A stretch of 64,000 nucleotides of DNA from an uncultured Prevotella sp. (lineage in GTDB: Bacteria; Bacteroidota; Bacteroidia; Bacteroidales; Bacteroidaceae): the NCBI GenBank assembly GCA_900768785.1, contig CAAGEG010000050.1, positions 16,057-80,056 on the forward strand. The letters are read 5' to 3'. A program made the translations under genes and the position numbers. The notes beneath the pieces are model-generated. The model had not been told where the DNA came from. It saw only the letters and a program-made list of their open reading frames with translations, and ran no database searches. Every line of letters starts with the position of its first letter. Positions within the stretch are counted from its first letter, which is position 1. Below, piece after piece: positions 46,456-59,015 of the stretch.

Positions 46456-48936
46456 ATGCCAAAGAAAAAGACCAAGCCCGCAAGCAAGACATTCAGTGAA
46501 GCTTTAGGGCTGAACAACATATTGCAGAACGACATCATCAACTTTGTAGCAGGCATCATCCTGTTATTGCTGTCGGTATATTTCATCATCGCATTCATCT
46601 CCTTCCTCTCAACAGCCGGCGACGACCAAAGTTTGGTTCTTGACCTGCGTCCCGGAGAGATACTCAATTCAGACAAGACATTCAAAAACAGCTGCGGCTC
46701 ATTTGGCGCATTCCTTTCTTACTTCTTCATATCAAGATGTTTCGGCTATGCCGCATTCATCATACCCGTATTTATGGGCATGGTAGGACTGAAAATGGTA
46801 AAAGCCTACAATTTCAGACTTCTCAAAATGTTTGTTTGCCTCACGGTGGTAATGATTTGGCTGTCGGTAACATCAGCCAAGCTGCTCACACCCATTATGG
46901 GAAGCATGGTCTATAATCCCGGTGGCGATCACGGACTATACTGTTGTCAGTGGATAGAAAACATTGTAGGCACACCCGGACTATCGGTAATACTTATACT
47001 CACCGCTTTGCTCTTCCTTACATACCTCAGCAGAGAAACTATAAACATAGTAAGAAAAATACTCAATCCCGTTAGCGCAATAACAAGCAAAGTGCCATTC
47101 TCGGTAACAGTAGGAAAAACCAACGACGACGGTAACACAAGCCACAAAGCAGAAGAAGACCCCACAACCTTTGACGACCCGGAGACACAAACCGTCGATT
47201 TCGGCAACGGTAAAGACACACCCGTTGTTGCCGGAGCAGGGGCAGTGAATGTTAACGATAACGATAACGAAAACGAAAACTCTTCAACCCAGACAAAGCA
47301 AAACAGCGGCAATGCCGAAAATACAGACGCAAACCAAACCGAACTTACAATAATAGAAAACGCAGAAGAAGAGACCGCCGGCTCACGTGTAGTATCAGGC
47401 GAGAAAGACCTCTCCGCACCAATAAACCCACTTGAACCATGGGTGAAATACCATTATCCCACACTCAGTCTGCTGAAAAAATACGACAACGACGGCAAGC
47501 CATATATCGACATGAAAGAGCAGACCCTAAACAAAAACCGCATCGTTGAAGTATTAAACAGCTTCGGTGTACAAATACGCACCATAACAGCAACAGTAGG
47601 ACCAACCATAACACTATATGAAATAACACCCGCCGAAGGTGTGAAAATATCAAGAATAAGAAACCTTGAAGACGACATAGCACTCAGCCTTGCCGCTTTG
47701 GGAATACGTATCATAGCACCCATACCCGGCAAAGGAACAATAGGTATAGAAGTGCCCAACGCCAAACCAAACATCGTCTCTATGGAAAGCATTCTCAACT
47801 CACGCAAGTTCCAAGAGACAACAATGGACCTGCCCATAGCAATAGGAAAGACTATTACTAATGAAGTCTTTATGGCAGACCTCACAAAAATACCACACCT
47901 CTTGGTGGCAGGCGCTACGGGACAAGGAAAATCAGTAGGACTAAACACTATTATAACATCGCTACTCTACAAAAAACATCCCAACGAACTCAAATTCGTC
48001 CTCATTGACCCCAAGAAAGTAGAGTTCAGCATGTACAACCCCATTGCCAACCACTTCATGGCAAAAGTCCCTGACGACAACGAAGAACCTATCATCACAG
48101 ACGTAAAGAAAGTCATACGCACCCTCAACGGACTTTGCAAACTCATGGACATGAGATACGACCTGTTAAAACTTGCCGGAGCAAAGAACATCAAGGAATA
48201 CAATAATAAATATGTAAACCATAAACTAAGGCTAACCGATGGACACGAATACATGCCCTACATCGTCGTAATCATAGACGAGTTCGGAGACCTTATCATG
48301 ACAGCAGGCAAAGAAATAGAAATGCCTATCGCACGTATAGCCCAACTCGCACGAGCAGTAGGAATACACATGGTTATTGCAACACAAAGACCAACAACAA
48401 CAATTATTACAGGTAACATAAAAGCCAACTTCCCGGGACGTATGGCGTTCAGAGTAAGTTCTATGATTGACTCAAGAACAATTCTCGACCGCCCCGGCGC
48501 AAACCAACTAATCGGACGAGGAGACATGCTCTTCCTCAATGGCAACGAACCCGTACGTGTTCAATGCGCATTTGTCGATACACCCGAGATTGAAGACATA
48601 AACAAATATGTCTCATCACAGCCCGGACCGACAGAACCAATGGAACTGCCCGAACCCGTATCAGAAGAAGACACAGATGTGGCACATGGAGGCATTGACA
48701 TGCACTCTATAGACCCACTCTTTGAAGATGCAGCACGCACAATAGTGTCCACACAACAAGGCTCCACAAGCATGATACAAAGACGATTCTCAATAGGATA
48801 CAACAGAGCCGGACGCATAATGGAACAAATGGAGAAAGTGGGAATAGTAGGCGGAGCACAAGGAGCAAAGCCACGAGAAGTGTTGATACAAGACGAAACA
48901 TCGCTTGAAAACATTATTGCACAACTGAGAAAATAA
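46456..48936 (+). CDS. ftsK: DNA translocase FtsK
   Basis: N-terminal TM, PHLLVAGATGQGKS, IIDEF, ATQRP, gamma domain IQRRFSIGYNRAGR. Confidence 0.96.
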   Translation: MPKKKTKPASKTFSEALGLNNILQNDIINFVAGIILLLLSVYFIIAFISFLSTAGDDQSLVLDLRPGEILNSDKTFKNSCGSFGAFLSYFFISRCFGYAAFIIPVFMGMVGLKMVKAYNFRLLKMFVCLTVVMIWLSVTSAKLLTPIMGSMVYNPGGDHGLYCCQWIENIVGTPGLSVILILTALLFLTYLSRETINIVRKILNPVSAITSKVPFSVTVGKTNDDGNTSHKAEEDPTTFDDPETQTVDFGNGKDTPVVAGAGAVNVNDNDNENENSSTQTKQNSGNAENTDANQTELTIIENAEEETAGSRVVSGEKDLSAPINPLEPWVKYHYPTLSLLKKYDNDGKPYIDMKEQTLNKNRIVEVLNSFGVQIRTITATVGPTITLYEITPAEGVKISRIRNLEDDIALSLAALGIRIIAPIPGKGTIGIEVPNAKPNIVSMESILNSRKFQETTMDLPIAIGKTITNEVFMADLTKIPHLLVAGATGQGKSVGLNTIITSLLYKKHPNELKFVLIDPKKVEFSMYNPIANHFMAKVPDDNEEPIITDVKKVIRTLNGLCKLMDMRYDLLKLAGAKNIKEYNNKYVNHKLRLTDGHEYMPYIVVIIDEFGDLIMTAGKEIEMPIARIAQLARAVGIHMVIATQRPTTTIITGNIKANFPGRMAFRVSSMIDSRTILDRPGANQLIGRGDMLFLNGNEPVRVQCAFVDTPEIEDINKYVSSQPGPTEPMELPEPVSEEDTDVAHGGIDMHSIDPLFEDAARTIVSTQQGSTSMIQRRFSIGYNRAGRIMEQMEKVGIVGGAQGAKPREVLIQDETSLENIIAQLRK

Positions 48937-48987
48937 ATCAACACAAACCAAAACACGAAGACACTAACGTCAAAACACAATATTATT

Positions 48988-49587
48988 ATGAAAAAACTGA
49001 TAATTGTCTTTTGTCTGTTACTTTCACTATCTGTCAGTGCACAGAACGCAGCACAGGCACGCAAGATCTTAGACAAGACAGCTGCACTCATAGCAAACAA
49101 AAAAGGGGCAACCGCCAACTTCAATATAGTGGGAAAAAACCTCAATACATCAGGAACAATAGCCATAAAAGGCAACAAATTCCAAGCCACAACACCACAA
49201 GCCATTGTCTGGTATGATGGAAAAACACAATGGACATACATGAAGGCGAGCCAAGAAGTAAACGTTAGCAACCCGACAGAAGCCCAACAACAAACCATGA
49301 ACCCCTACAAGTTCATAAACCTCTACAAAAACGGCTTCAACCTAAGCATGAAAACCATAAGCACAGGCTGGCAAATACATCTCACGGCTACCAATCAGAA
49401 ACGCTCCATAAAAGAGATGTATGTCACCATAAACAAAAACTATCAGCCACAGACCATAAAAATGCGACAATCAAACGGCTGGGTGACAATAAACGTAAGC
49501 CGTTTCAAGGCAAAGACTCTTGGCGATGCAACGTTCCGTTTCAACGCAAAAGACTATCCCAAAGCAGAAATTATTGACCTAAGATGA
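48988..49587 (+). CDS. lolA: LolA-like outer-membrane lipoprotein carrier
   Basis: Signal peptide; WYDGKTQWTY; EIIDLR end; ftsK-lolA synteny. Confidence 0.8.
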   Translation: MKKLIIVFCLLLSLSVSAQNAAQARKILDKTAALIANKKGATANFNIVGKNLNTSGTIAIKGNKFQATTPQAIVWYDGKTQWTYMKASQEVNVSNPTEAQQQTMNPYKFINLYKNGFNLSMKTISTGWQIHLTATNQKRSIKEMYVTINKNYQPQTIKMRQSNGWVTINVSRFKAKTLGDATFRFNAKDYPKAEIIDLR

Positions 49588-49606
49588 AAAATAAGACCCA
49601 TAGTTT

Positions 49607-51115
49607 ATGGCAAAGATAAACAAATTCAAACTCTTCCTAATGCTGCGCAAAAACATTAAACTGTCAGAAAAGCGTAGCGTGGCTTACCAACAAAACAAAA
49701 CAGCAAAAATAATCATTTACTTAATGAGTGGCTTCGCCATTTGTTATATGCTCTTTCTTTCGATTATGCTTGCGTTAATAGCCAACGAAACCGACACCTA
49801 CACCGCAAGCGAGTTCTTCTTCGGACTCTTGCCTTTCTTCCTCGTTGCTGATTTCTTCTTCAGATTTATAGGACAACAGACACCCGCACAGCTGATTAAA
49901 CCCTACAGCCTCATGCCTATACCACGCTACACATGCGTCGAACTGTTCCTAATATCAAGCGTCTTATCGTCAAACAACCTGCTCTGGCTCGCAATAACCG
50001 TGCCCTATGTCATTATGACAATGATTTTCAGCGACGGAATATTGCCCTCGATAGCACTTGTTTTTGCATTTCAAATAGTCGTTTCCATCAACAGCCAATG
50101 GTATCTGCTCGTTAGAACATTGATAAACAAAAGCATGATATGGTGGGCACTGCCGCTTCTTGTTTATGCAGCAGCATTTTCGCCCATTTATCTCGACAAC
50201 TTTGACACGCTGTTTGACACATGCGCACTCTTAGGCACAGGACTCGCATTCGGAAACATCATCTGTTACGCCGCAATAATACTCATACTATTGGCTTTTG
50301 TCCAACTAAACAAGCGTGTTCAATACCATTTCACCTACATGGAAACAGCCAATGTAGAGAATGTAAAGATGAAACATGTGGCAGATTTTGCCGTGCTCAA
50401 CAGATACGGCGAAATAGGCGAGTATCTCAAACTTGAAGTCAAAAGTCTGATACGCAACAAAAACATGCGCAAATCATTCATCTTTGCCACCGCCTTTGTT
50501 ATGATTCTAAGCCTCGTAATATCGTTCACCGATATATATCAAGACAATTTCTCACGCAACTTCTGGGTGGTTTACAACTTCGTTCTCTACGGAGCAATGA
50601 TGCTCATCAAGATAATGAGCTCGGAAGGAAACTATATCGACGGACTGATGATACATAAAGAGAACATCCTTCAACTCATAACCGCAAAGTATTATTTCTA
50701 TAGTACACTCCTCATAATGCCGTTTATTCTGATGCTGCCAACGGTATTTACAGGCAAATATTCATTGCTCATGTTGCTCTCAATGATTGCTTTCACCATC
50801 GGACCTGTCTATTGTCTGCTCATGCAAATGGCTGTTTACAACCGACAAACAACCCCGCTTAATTCAAAGTTTATAAGCAAAGGCAATGTGGAAAACAACT
50901 ATTTTCAGATAGTGGCAGAGCTCATCGCAATGTTTTGTCCCGTGATTTTTATTTCAATATTAAAAGCTTTCTTCAGCGAAAATGTCACATTTGTCATATT
51001 GCTCCTTATAGGACTGATATTCATTTCGCTGCACAAATTGTGGCTGCGCAACATCTATCAACGCTTTATGTCAAGACGTTACAAAAACATGGAAAGCTTC
51101 AGGGCAACACGATAA
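49607..51115 (+). CDS. DUF5687-like polytopic membrane protein
   Basis: Many TM helices; GEYLKLEVKSLIRNK. Confidence 0.65.
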   Translation: MAKINKFKLFLMLRKNIKLSEKRSVAYQQNKTAKIIIYLMSGFAICYMLFLSIMLALIANETDTYTASEFFFGLLPFFLVADFFFRFIGQQTPAQLIKPYSLMPIPRYTCVELFLISSVLSSNNLLWLAITVPYVIMTMIFSDGILPSIALVFAFQIVVSINSQWYLLVRTLINKSMIWWALPLLVYAAAFSPIYLDNFDTLFDTCALLGTGLAFGNIICYAAIILILLAFVQLNKRVQYHFTYMETANVENVKMKHVADFAVLNRYGEIGEYLKLEVKSLIRNKNMRKSFIFATAFVMILSLVISFTDIYQDNFSRNFWVVYNFVLYGAMMLIKIMSSEGNYIDGLMIHKENILQLITAKYYFYSTLLIMPFILMLPTVFTGKYSLLMLLSMIAFTIGPVYCLLMQMAVYNRQTTPLNSKFISKGNVENNYFQIVAELIAMFCPVIFISILKAFFSENVTFVILLLIGLIFISLHKLWLRNIYQRFMSRRYKNMESFRATR

Positions 51116-51137
51116 ACATGTTAAAACAAGTGAAAAT

Positions 51138-51203
51138 ACTGACAAAAGTGTCAGTCTTGTCGTGTCAAAAATGTCACAAGATGTTTTTGGCACGATTTTC
51201 GCA
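51138..51203 (+). promoter_or_regulatory. groES promoter: TGACA/TGTCA dyads plus sigma54 -24/-12
   Basis: ACTGACAAAAGTGTCAGT 51138-55; TGTCAAAAATGTCA 51163-76; TGGCACGATTTTCGCA 51188-203 (GG-N10-GC). Confidence 0.75.
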
Positions 51204-51290
51204 TGTAATATAAGTGAAAACAAAACAAAAGAAATACATACAGACACATAAATATAAAATTATATATAAACAATTTAAAACATAAATATT

Positions 51291-51560
51291 ATGAACATTA
51301 AACCATTAGCAGACAGAGTTTTGGTGCTCCCCGCACCCGCAGAAGAAAAAATCGGTGGAATTATCATTCCTGATACAGCAAAAGAAAAGCCGCTACATGG
51401 CAGAATTGTTGCCACCGGCAACGGCACTAAGGACGAGGAAATGATACTCAAAGAAGGCGATGAAGTGCTCTATGGCAAATATTCAGGCACCGAATTGGAG
51501 TATGAAGGCGTGAAATATCTCATGATGCGCCAAAGCGATGTACTCGCTATAGTAAAATAA
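51291..51560 (+). CDS. groES: Co-chaperonin GroES
   Basis: [29 protein letters not shown]. Confidence 0.98.
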   Translation: MNIKPLADRVLVLPAPAEEKIGGIIIPDTAKEKPLHGRIVATGNGTKDEEMILKEGDEVLYGKYSGTELEYEGVKYLMMRQSDVLAIVK

Positions 51561-51642
51561 TTCTAACAACAAACAACAGACAAAACAATTTTGCAACTAT
51601 ATCTTTTAAACCTTAAAACGAGAAAGTTGCATGTCAAAATAA

Positions 51643-53286
<1,644 letters not shown>

Positions 53287-53318
53287 TTTAATACTCAAAT
53301 TTGCAAACTTTAGATATC

Positions 53319-53365
53319 AAAATGAGGGACAACAACTTCGTTTGTTCCTCATTTTCAGTTTTTTT
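53319..53365 (+). terminator. groEL terminator
   Basis: AAAATGAGGGACAA / TTGTTCCTCATTTT then T-run. Confidence 0.8.
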
Positions 53366-53431
53366 AATACAATAGATGAATTTTTTTTGTATAAAATATT
53401 GCGATGAAAAAATCTTTTTTCTACTTTTGCA

Positions 53432-53559
53432 TCATCAATAGTATGTACCGTATGGATTTTTATCCACAAGTAGATATTTTTTGATTTGTTTTAGTAGATT
53501 AGTTTTTAAGTAGTTTGTTTTTTGAAAATCGTTTGTCGTGATGACATGCGATTTTTTTT
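53432..53559 (+). ncRNA. Candidate ~125-nt sRNA
   Basis: Promoter TACTTTTG 53422-29; TGGAT..ATCCA hairpin; terminator AATCG-TTGTC-gtgat-GACA-GCGATT+T-run; no ORF. Confidence 0.55.
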
Positions 53560-53649
53560 GTTCCTTAAACTCACAATTACCAAATTCCATATTCCAAAAC
53601 GAACAATAGCATACCCCAAATTCTCAACCCTGTGTTTCTAATCTCCAAT

Positions 53650-53802
53650 CTCAAAACTTTAAACTTTCCACCCCGAAACTTTTAATTTCCCATCCCTGAA
53701 CTTTCAATCACCATTCCTGAACTTTCAATCACCAACCTTGACACTTTCAACCACCAACCTTGACACTTTCAACCACCATCCCTGAACTTTCAATCACCAA
53801 CC
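53650..53802. repeat. 21/22-bp tandem repeat (CCATCCCTGAACTTTCAATCA / CCAACCTTGACACTTTCAACCA)
   Basis: ACTTTCAA at 53700, 53721, 53743, 53765, 53786. Confidence 0.9.
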
Positions 53803-53953
53803 ACCCTGTATCAATCTATAAATACCGCATTTAAGATAGCTAAACACGTGATTTCCTAAAGCCAAACAACGTATATATTATATCTTTTCATAGTTACAAG
53901 ATAGGAAATCGGGATTTTTTGCCTAACTTTGCAATTATAAAAAGTAAAGGAGG

Positions 53954-55507
53954 ATGCAGAAACTATTAAGTTTATACTTTTCATGGAAGGGCGAACAACC
54001 ATTGACGGTTAACAAATTGCCCGGAGCCGGTAGCAACAGAGAGTATTTCAGATTGTATTCATCTGATGGTTCTTCGGTAATAGGTTCTGTCGGAACAAGT
54101 CGTGATGAAAATCATGCGTTCATCTATCTTTCAAGACATTTTGCTGAAAACGGCATACATGTGCCGCGTGTGTTGGCTGTCAGCGACGACCAACTCGTTT
54201 ATTTACAAGAAGATTTAGGCAACGTTTCGTTGTTTGATGCCATTGCCGGAGGCAGAAATGCCGGAGGACGTTACAACCAACAAGAGAAACTGCTACTTAT
54301 AAAAACCATAAAAGCGTTGCCCGAAATTCAAGTTACGGGAGCAAGAAATCTTAAATGGGACAACTGTTATCCGCAACCGGAGTTCAACGAAGACACCGTT
54401 CTCTTTGACCTCAATTATTTTAAGTATTGCTTTCTAAAGCCTCTTGATATTGATTTTCATGAATTGAAATTGGAGGCAAACTTCCGTCTGTTTGCAAAAG
54501 ACCTTGTCAGCGAGCCGTCAGACACGTTTATGTATCGTGATTTTCAAGCTCGCAACATTATGTTAGACGCTAACGGCACACCTTATTTTATTGATTTTCA
54601 AGGTGGTCGCAAGGGACCGTTCTATTATGATTTAGCTTCTTTCTTGTGGCAAGCTTCAGCCAAATATTCACATAAACTGAGAAGACAGCTTGTCTATGAA
54701 TATTACAACTCCTTGAAAAACTATATTGAAGTGCCGTCGGTAAGGCATTTTGTGGAACGTCTTTCACTCTTCGTCTTGTTTCGCACATTACAAGTGCTTG
54801 GGGCTTACGGTTTTAGAGGCTATTTTGAGCGTAAGAAACATTTCATTGAGAGCATACCTGCAGCAATACAAAACCTTAGAGAGATGCTCGATATTAATGT
54901 TTTTACATATCCATATCTTATGGATGTGTTAAGACGCATTACCGAACTGCCGCAGTTTGCACAGATTGAAGGAACAGCTCTTTCAAGGACTGACGGTTAT
55001 AAGACTACAGAAAAGAATGTTTACATGGCGCATCCGTCTGACGGACCTGCCACGTTCTCTAAATACGACAACAAGGGGCCGCTCGTGGTTAGGGTCTTCA
55101 GCTTCTCTTTTCATAAGGGAATACCTGTTGACGAAACGGGCAACGGAGGCGGATATGTGTTTGATTGCAGGTCAACTCACAATCCCGGACGTTACGAACC
55201 ATATAAAAAGCTCACCGGTCTTGATGAACCCGTAATACGATTTCTTGAAGACGACGGGGAGATATTGACATTCCTTGACAGCGTCTATAAACTTGCCGAT
55301 GCACATGTCAGGCGTTACATTCAGCGCGGATTTACTTCGCTTATGTTTAGTTTCGGATGTACCGGTGGTCAACACCGAAGTGTTTATGCCGCGCAACATC
55401 TTGCCGAACATATAAATAAGAAATTCGGTGTTGAAGTAAAGATTTGTCATAGAGAGCAGTCGGTCAATCAGACGTTAAAAGCCACACAAGGCGATAAACA
55501 ATCATAA
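53954..55507 (+). CDS. AmgK-like phosphotransferase fused to RapZ C-terminal-like domain
   Basis: GAGSNREYFR, QEDLG, YRDFQARNIM, IDFQ; C-terminal SFSFHKGIP..VFDCR..NP, FGCTGGQHRSV. Confidence 0.85.
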   Translation: MQKLLSLYFSWKGEQPLTVNKLPGAGSNREYFRLYSSDGSSVIGSVGTSRDENHAFIYLSRHFAENGIHVPRVLAVSDDQLVYLQEDLGNVSLFDAIAGGRNAGGRYNQQEKLLLIKTIKALPEIQVTGARNLKWDNCYPQPEFNEDTVLFDLNYFKYCFLKPLDIDFHELKLEANFRLFAKDLVSEPSDTFMYRDFQARNIMLDANGTPYFIDFQGGRKGPFYYDLASFLWQASAKYSHKLRRQLVYEYYNSLKNYIEVPSVRHFVERLSLFVLFRTLQVLGAYGFRGYFERKKHFIESIPAAIQNLREMLDINVFTYPYLMDVLRRITELPQFAQIEGTALSRTDGYKTTEKNVYMAHPSDGPATFSKYDNKGPLVVRVFSFSFHKGIPVDETGNGGGYVFDCRSTHNPGRYEPYKKLTGLDEPVIRFLEDDGEILTFLDSVYKLADAHVRRYIQRGFTSLMFSFGCTGGQHRSVYAAQHLAEHINKKFGVEVKICHREQSVNQTLKATQGDKQS

Positions 55508-55538
55508 CATTATCAACACTCATCATTATTGCTGAAAT

Positions 55539-56276
55539 ATGAGACAAGCCATGATATTTGCAGCGGGACTTGGAACCCGATTAAAACCCCTCACAGACAC
55601 CATGCCTAAAGCTTTGGTTGAGGTTGCAGGAAAACCGCTGTTAGAACATGTGGTGTTGAGATTGCGAGATGCAGGCATGGAGCGAATTGTTATCAACGTG
55701 CATCATTTTGCAGAGCAAATAGTGGCTTTTCTTGCCCGAAACAACAATTTCGGTATGGATATTCGCATAAGCGACGAGACCCGATGTCTGCTTGACACAG
55801 GCGGCGGCATAAAGAAGGCTGCCCCTATGTTTGACACTTCGTCTCCCATTTTAATACATAATGTAGATATACTCAGCAATGTCGACCTCGCCAAACTATA
55901 TGAAGAGGGTAGGGCAAACGCTGCCACACTGCTCGTAAGCTGGCGCGACACAACTCGTTATCTGTTGTTTGACCGAGACAATAAGCGTCGGCTGAGCGGC
56001 TGGACCAATATATCTACAGGCGAAATAAGGAGTCCTTATAACGATATCGATGTGGCAGAGTATGACAAATATGCCTTTTCGGGAATCCACGTATTCTCGC
56101 CAACACTATTCCCTTTGTTTTCACAAATGCCCGATAAGTTCGGCATTATTGATTTCTATTTGAAACATTGTGCCGAGCATGCCATTTGCGGCTATGTGGA
56201 TAATGGTCTCCGACTTATGGATGTGGGCAAACTCAACACTCTTTCAGACGCAGACGATTTTGTCAAAACAATATAG
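55539..56276 (+). CDS. MurU-like nucleotidyltransferase
   Basis: AAGLGTRLKPLTDTMPKAL, LLDTGGGI, DVGK; adjacent to amgK-like gene. Confidence 0.85.
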   Translation: MRQAMIFAAGLGTRLKPLTDTMPKALVEVAGKPLLEHVVLRLRDAGMERIVINVHHFAEQIVAFLARNNNFGMDIRISDETRCLLDTGGGIKKAAPMFDTSSPILIHNVDILSNVDLAKLYEEGRANAATLLVSWRDTTRYLLFDRDNKRRLSGWTNISTGEIRSPYNDIDVAEYDKYAFSGIHVFSPTLFPLFSQMPDKFGIIDFYLKHCAEHAICGYVDNGLRLMDVGKLNTLSDADDFVKTI

Positions 56277-56309
56277 AATGTAAGAACATCATAAATACAA
56301 ATTTCATAT

Positions 56310-57935
56310 ATGCAACAAAAAATTATAATCTTGGATTTCGGTTCTCAAACCACTCAACTTATCGGACGTAGAGTGCGTGAACTCGATACTTTTTGTGAGA
56401 TACTTCCTTACAACAAGTACCCCGAAGACGATAGCGATGTTATAGGAGTCATACTCAGCGGCTCGCCATATTCGGTTCACGATATGGAGGCTTTCAAGGT
56501 CGATTTGTCTCGTTTCGTAGGTCGTTTGCCCGTACTTGGCATCTGCTATGGTGCACAGTTTATTTCCAACACGCTGGGTGGGAAGGTTGAAAAAGCCGAC
56601 TCGCGAGAGTATGGCCGCGCTCATCTTGAAACGATAGATATTGACAACCCGCTGTTTAACGGCTTTGACAACCATTCGCAGGTGTGGATGAGTCATGGAG
56701 ACACCATAACGGCAATTCCCGAAGGCTTCAAATGTATAGCTTCGACACATGATGTGAAGTATGCCGCTTATTGTTCTTCATCAGCCGAAACAGGAGAAAA
56801 GGGCATCTGGGCAGTACAATTCCACCCCGAAGTGTTTCATACCGTACAAGGCTCACTGTTACTGAAGAATTTCGTAGTAGATATTTGCGGCTCTGAACAA
56901 GACTGGAGCGCTGCCTCTTTTGTTGACACAACGGTAGCCGAACTTAAATCCACGCTTGGCAACGACCGTGTTATTCTTGGTTTGTCAGGTGGTGTTGACT
57001 CATCAGTAGCTGCTGTGCTCCTCAATCGTGCAATAGGAAACAATCTTACATGTATATTTGTTGATCATGGAATGTTGCGTAAGAATGAGTTTCGTGATGT
57101 TATGCACGACTATGAATGTCTCGGACTCAACGTTATCGGCATAGATGCGAGTGAGAAATTCTTTGCCGACTTGTCGGGAGTTACAGATCCGGAAGAGAAA
57201 CGCAAGATTATAGGACGAGATTTTGTCGAGGTTTTCAATGCCGAAGCAAAAAAGATAACCGGTGCAAAATGGCTCGCACAAGGCACTATCTACCCCGACC
57301 GCATAGAGAGTCTTAATATTACAGGAAAGGTAATCAAGAGCCATCACAACGTGGGTGGGCTGCCTAAGGAGATGCATCTTCAACTTTGCGAACCACTAAA
57401 ATGGCTTTTTAAGGATGAAGTGCGCCGAGTTGGTCGTCAGCTTGGCATGCCTGAGCACCTCATAACACGTCATCCCTTTCCGGGACCGGGTCTTGCCGTG
57501 AGAATACTTGGCGATATTACACCCGACAAAGTGCGTATTCTTCAAGATGCCGACGATATTTACATACGCGGATTGCGCGACTATAAGGTGCGGCTTTCAG
57601 GCGAAGAGGCACGTAAAGTGCTTGCTGCGGGAGTGCCGGCAGAGATGACCGACGGTGAAATAGAGGTATCTCTCTATGACCAAATATGGCAGGCAGGAAC
57701 CGTTTTGCTCTCAACAGTTCGTTCGGTTGGCGTTATGGGCGATGAGCGAACATATGAACATCCGGTTGCATTACGCGCTGTTACAAGCACAGATGCCATG
57801 ACTGCCGATTGGGCGCATCTGCCTTATGACTTCATGGCAAAAGTCTCAAACGAAATAATCAACAAGGTGCGTGGCGTAAACCGTGTTTGTTATGACATCT
57901 CTTCAAAGCCACCTTCGACAATAGAGTGGGAATAA
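56310..57935 (+). CDS. guaA: GMP synthase (glutamine-hydrolysing)
   Basis: [44 protein letters not shown]. Confidence 0.98.
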   Translation: MQQKIIILDFGSQTTQLIGRRVRELDTFCEILPYNKYPEDDSDVIGVILSGSPYSVHDMEAFKVDLSRFVGRLPVLGICYGAQFISNTLGGKVEKADSREYGRAHLETIDIDNPLFNGFDNHSQVWMSHGDTITAIPEGFKCIASTHDVKYAAYCSSSAETGEKGIWAVQFHPEVFHTVQGSLLLKNFVVDICGSEQDWSAASFVDTTVAELKSTLGNDRVILGLSGGVDSSVAAVLLNRAIGNNLTCIFVDHGMLRKNEFRDVMHDYECLGLNVIGIDASEKFFADLSGVTDPEEKRKIIGRDFVEVFNAEAKKITGAKWLAQGTIYPDRIESLNITGKVIKSHHNVGGLPKEMHLQLCEPLKWLFKDEVRRVGRQLGMPEHLITRHPFPGPGLAVRILGDITPDKVRILQDADDIYIRGLRDYKVRLSGEEARKVLAAGVPAEMTDGEIEVSLYDQIWQAGTVLLSTVRSVGVMGDERTYEHPVALRAVTSTDAMTADWAHLPYDFMAKVSNEIINKVRGVNRVCYDISSKPPSTIEWE

Positions 57936-57946
57936 CAATAGTCTCA

Positions 57947-57994
57947 GGAGGATAAGTGCGGATTAAAGTTGGTTTCTCACTTATCCTCTTTTTT
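57947..57994 (+). terminator. guaA terminator
   Basis: GAGGATAAGTG / CACTTATCCTC then T-run. Confidence 0.75.
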
Positions 57995-58060
57995 GTTCTC
58001 ATAAACAGAAACCAACATTCTTAATGTTGCCAAACGACCTAAATCAAACTAACAAAGACC

Positions 58061-58756
58061 ATGAACAACGACGATAACAATAAAGACAAGCAGACTGACA
58101 ACAGCAAGCAACTTAAGACAGTCTTATGTTTCTGCGTGGCAATAGTAGCTATTGTTGCCGCTTATTATCTTGGTAAAACCAACGGAGCAACTGAGTGTGA
58201 ACATCAAAAGGCACAGACCGACAGCATTAAATATGCCACAATGGTGGATAGTTCGCAGCTTGAAGTCAAAGAAACAGAGGTCGCCGAAACTACCAATAAT
58301 GACAATGCGACAAATAATAATGATGACAATCGTAGGCAGTCAATAAGAGAAGAATTCATAAAACTGTTGAAAGATAACGACACTCCCGATAATGAGTGTT
58401 ACTATTTCCTTTACGACATAAACCGAGACAACATTCCCGAGATTTGGATAAAACGAGGTAACTGTGAGGCAGACTATGGTTTGGTAGTCTATACCTTCCA
58501 AAACGGCATAAAGAAACTATATGATGACGGGGCGGGACACACGTGTTTCTATAAGGGAAAAGATTACATCCTTCAAGTCTATGCCCACATGGGAGTGAGC
58601 TATTGGTCAAAACTATCTTATAAAAACGGTAAGATTGCGGCACAAATAATCTTTGAAGAGAATATTATTGACACAGACAGAGACTATAAACAACCGCAGG
58701 AAAAAGAAATCGCACTCTATCCCTCAAGCAACTTACAGCCTATATACGATTTATAA
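58061..58756 (+). CDS. Hypothetical membrane-anchored protein
   Basis: Single N-terminal TM, Asn/Thr linker, YDINRDNIPE (FG-GAP/Ca-loop-like). Confidence 0.75.
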   Translation: MNNDDNNKDKQTDNSKQLKTVLCFCVAIVAIVAAYYLGKTNGATECEHQKAQTDSIKYATMVDSSQLEVKETEVAETTNNDNATNNNDDNRRQSIREEFIKLLKDNDTPDNECYYFLYDINRDNIPEIWIKRGNCEADYGLVVYTFQNGIKKLYDDGAGHTCFYKGKDYILQVYAHMGVSYWSKLSYKNGKIAAQIIFEENIIDTDRDYKQPQEKEIALYPSSNLQPIYDL

Positions 58757-58856
58757 ACACCATAGTTACGGTAGCTAAAGACCATAGTTACGGTAGCTAA
58801 AGACCATAGTTACGATAGCTAAATACCATACTTACGATAGCTAAACACCATAGTTA
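58754..58856. repeat. About 4.7 x 22-bp tandem repeat (TAAASACCATAGTTACGRTAGC)
   Basis: Units start at 58754, 58776, 58798, 58820, 58842. Confidence 0.95.
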
Positions 58857-59015
58857 TAAAATACGAGAAAACAGCTTGTTCAGAGCTATTGTGAAGGCTT
58901 GCCGTATGAAACAACTAATCCGCACCCCAAGAGAATTGTCTCTATGGAAGTGCGGATTATCGCATTAATCAGAAAAAGAATTTATTTATGCTTCGATAGC
59001 TAAATTTTGTATCTG

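Noticed and set aside
57936..59015. Genomic island integrated at the guaA 3' end
   Set aside because: Only one hypothetical gene and a minisatellite follow; no integrase or duplicated guaA end seen.
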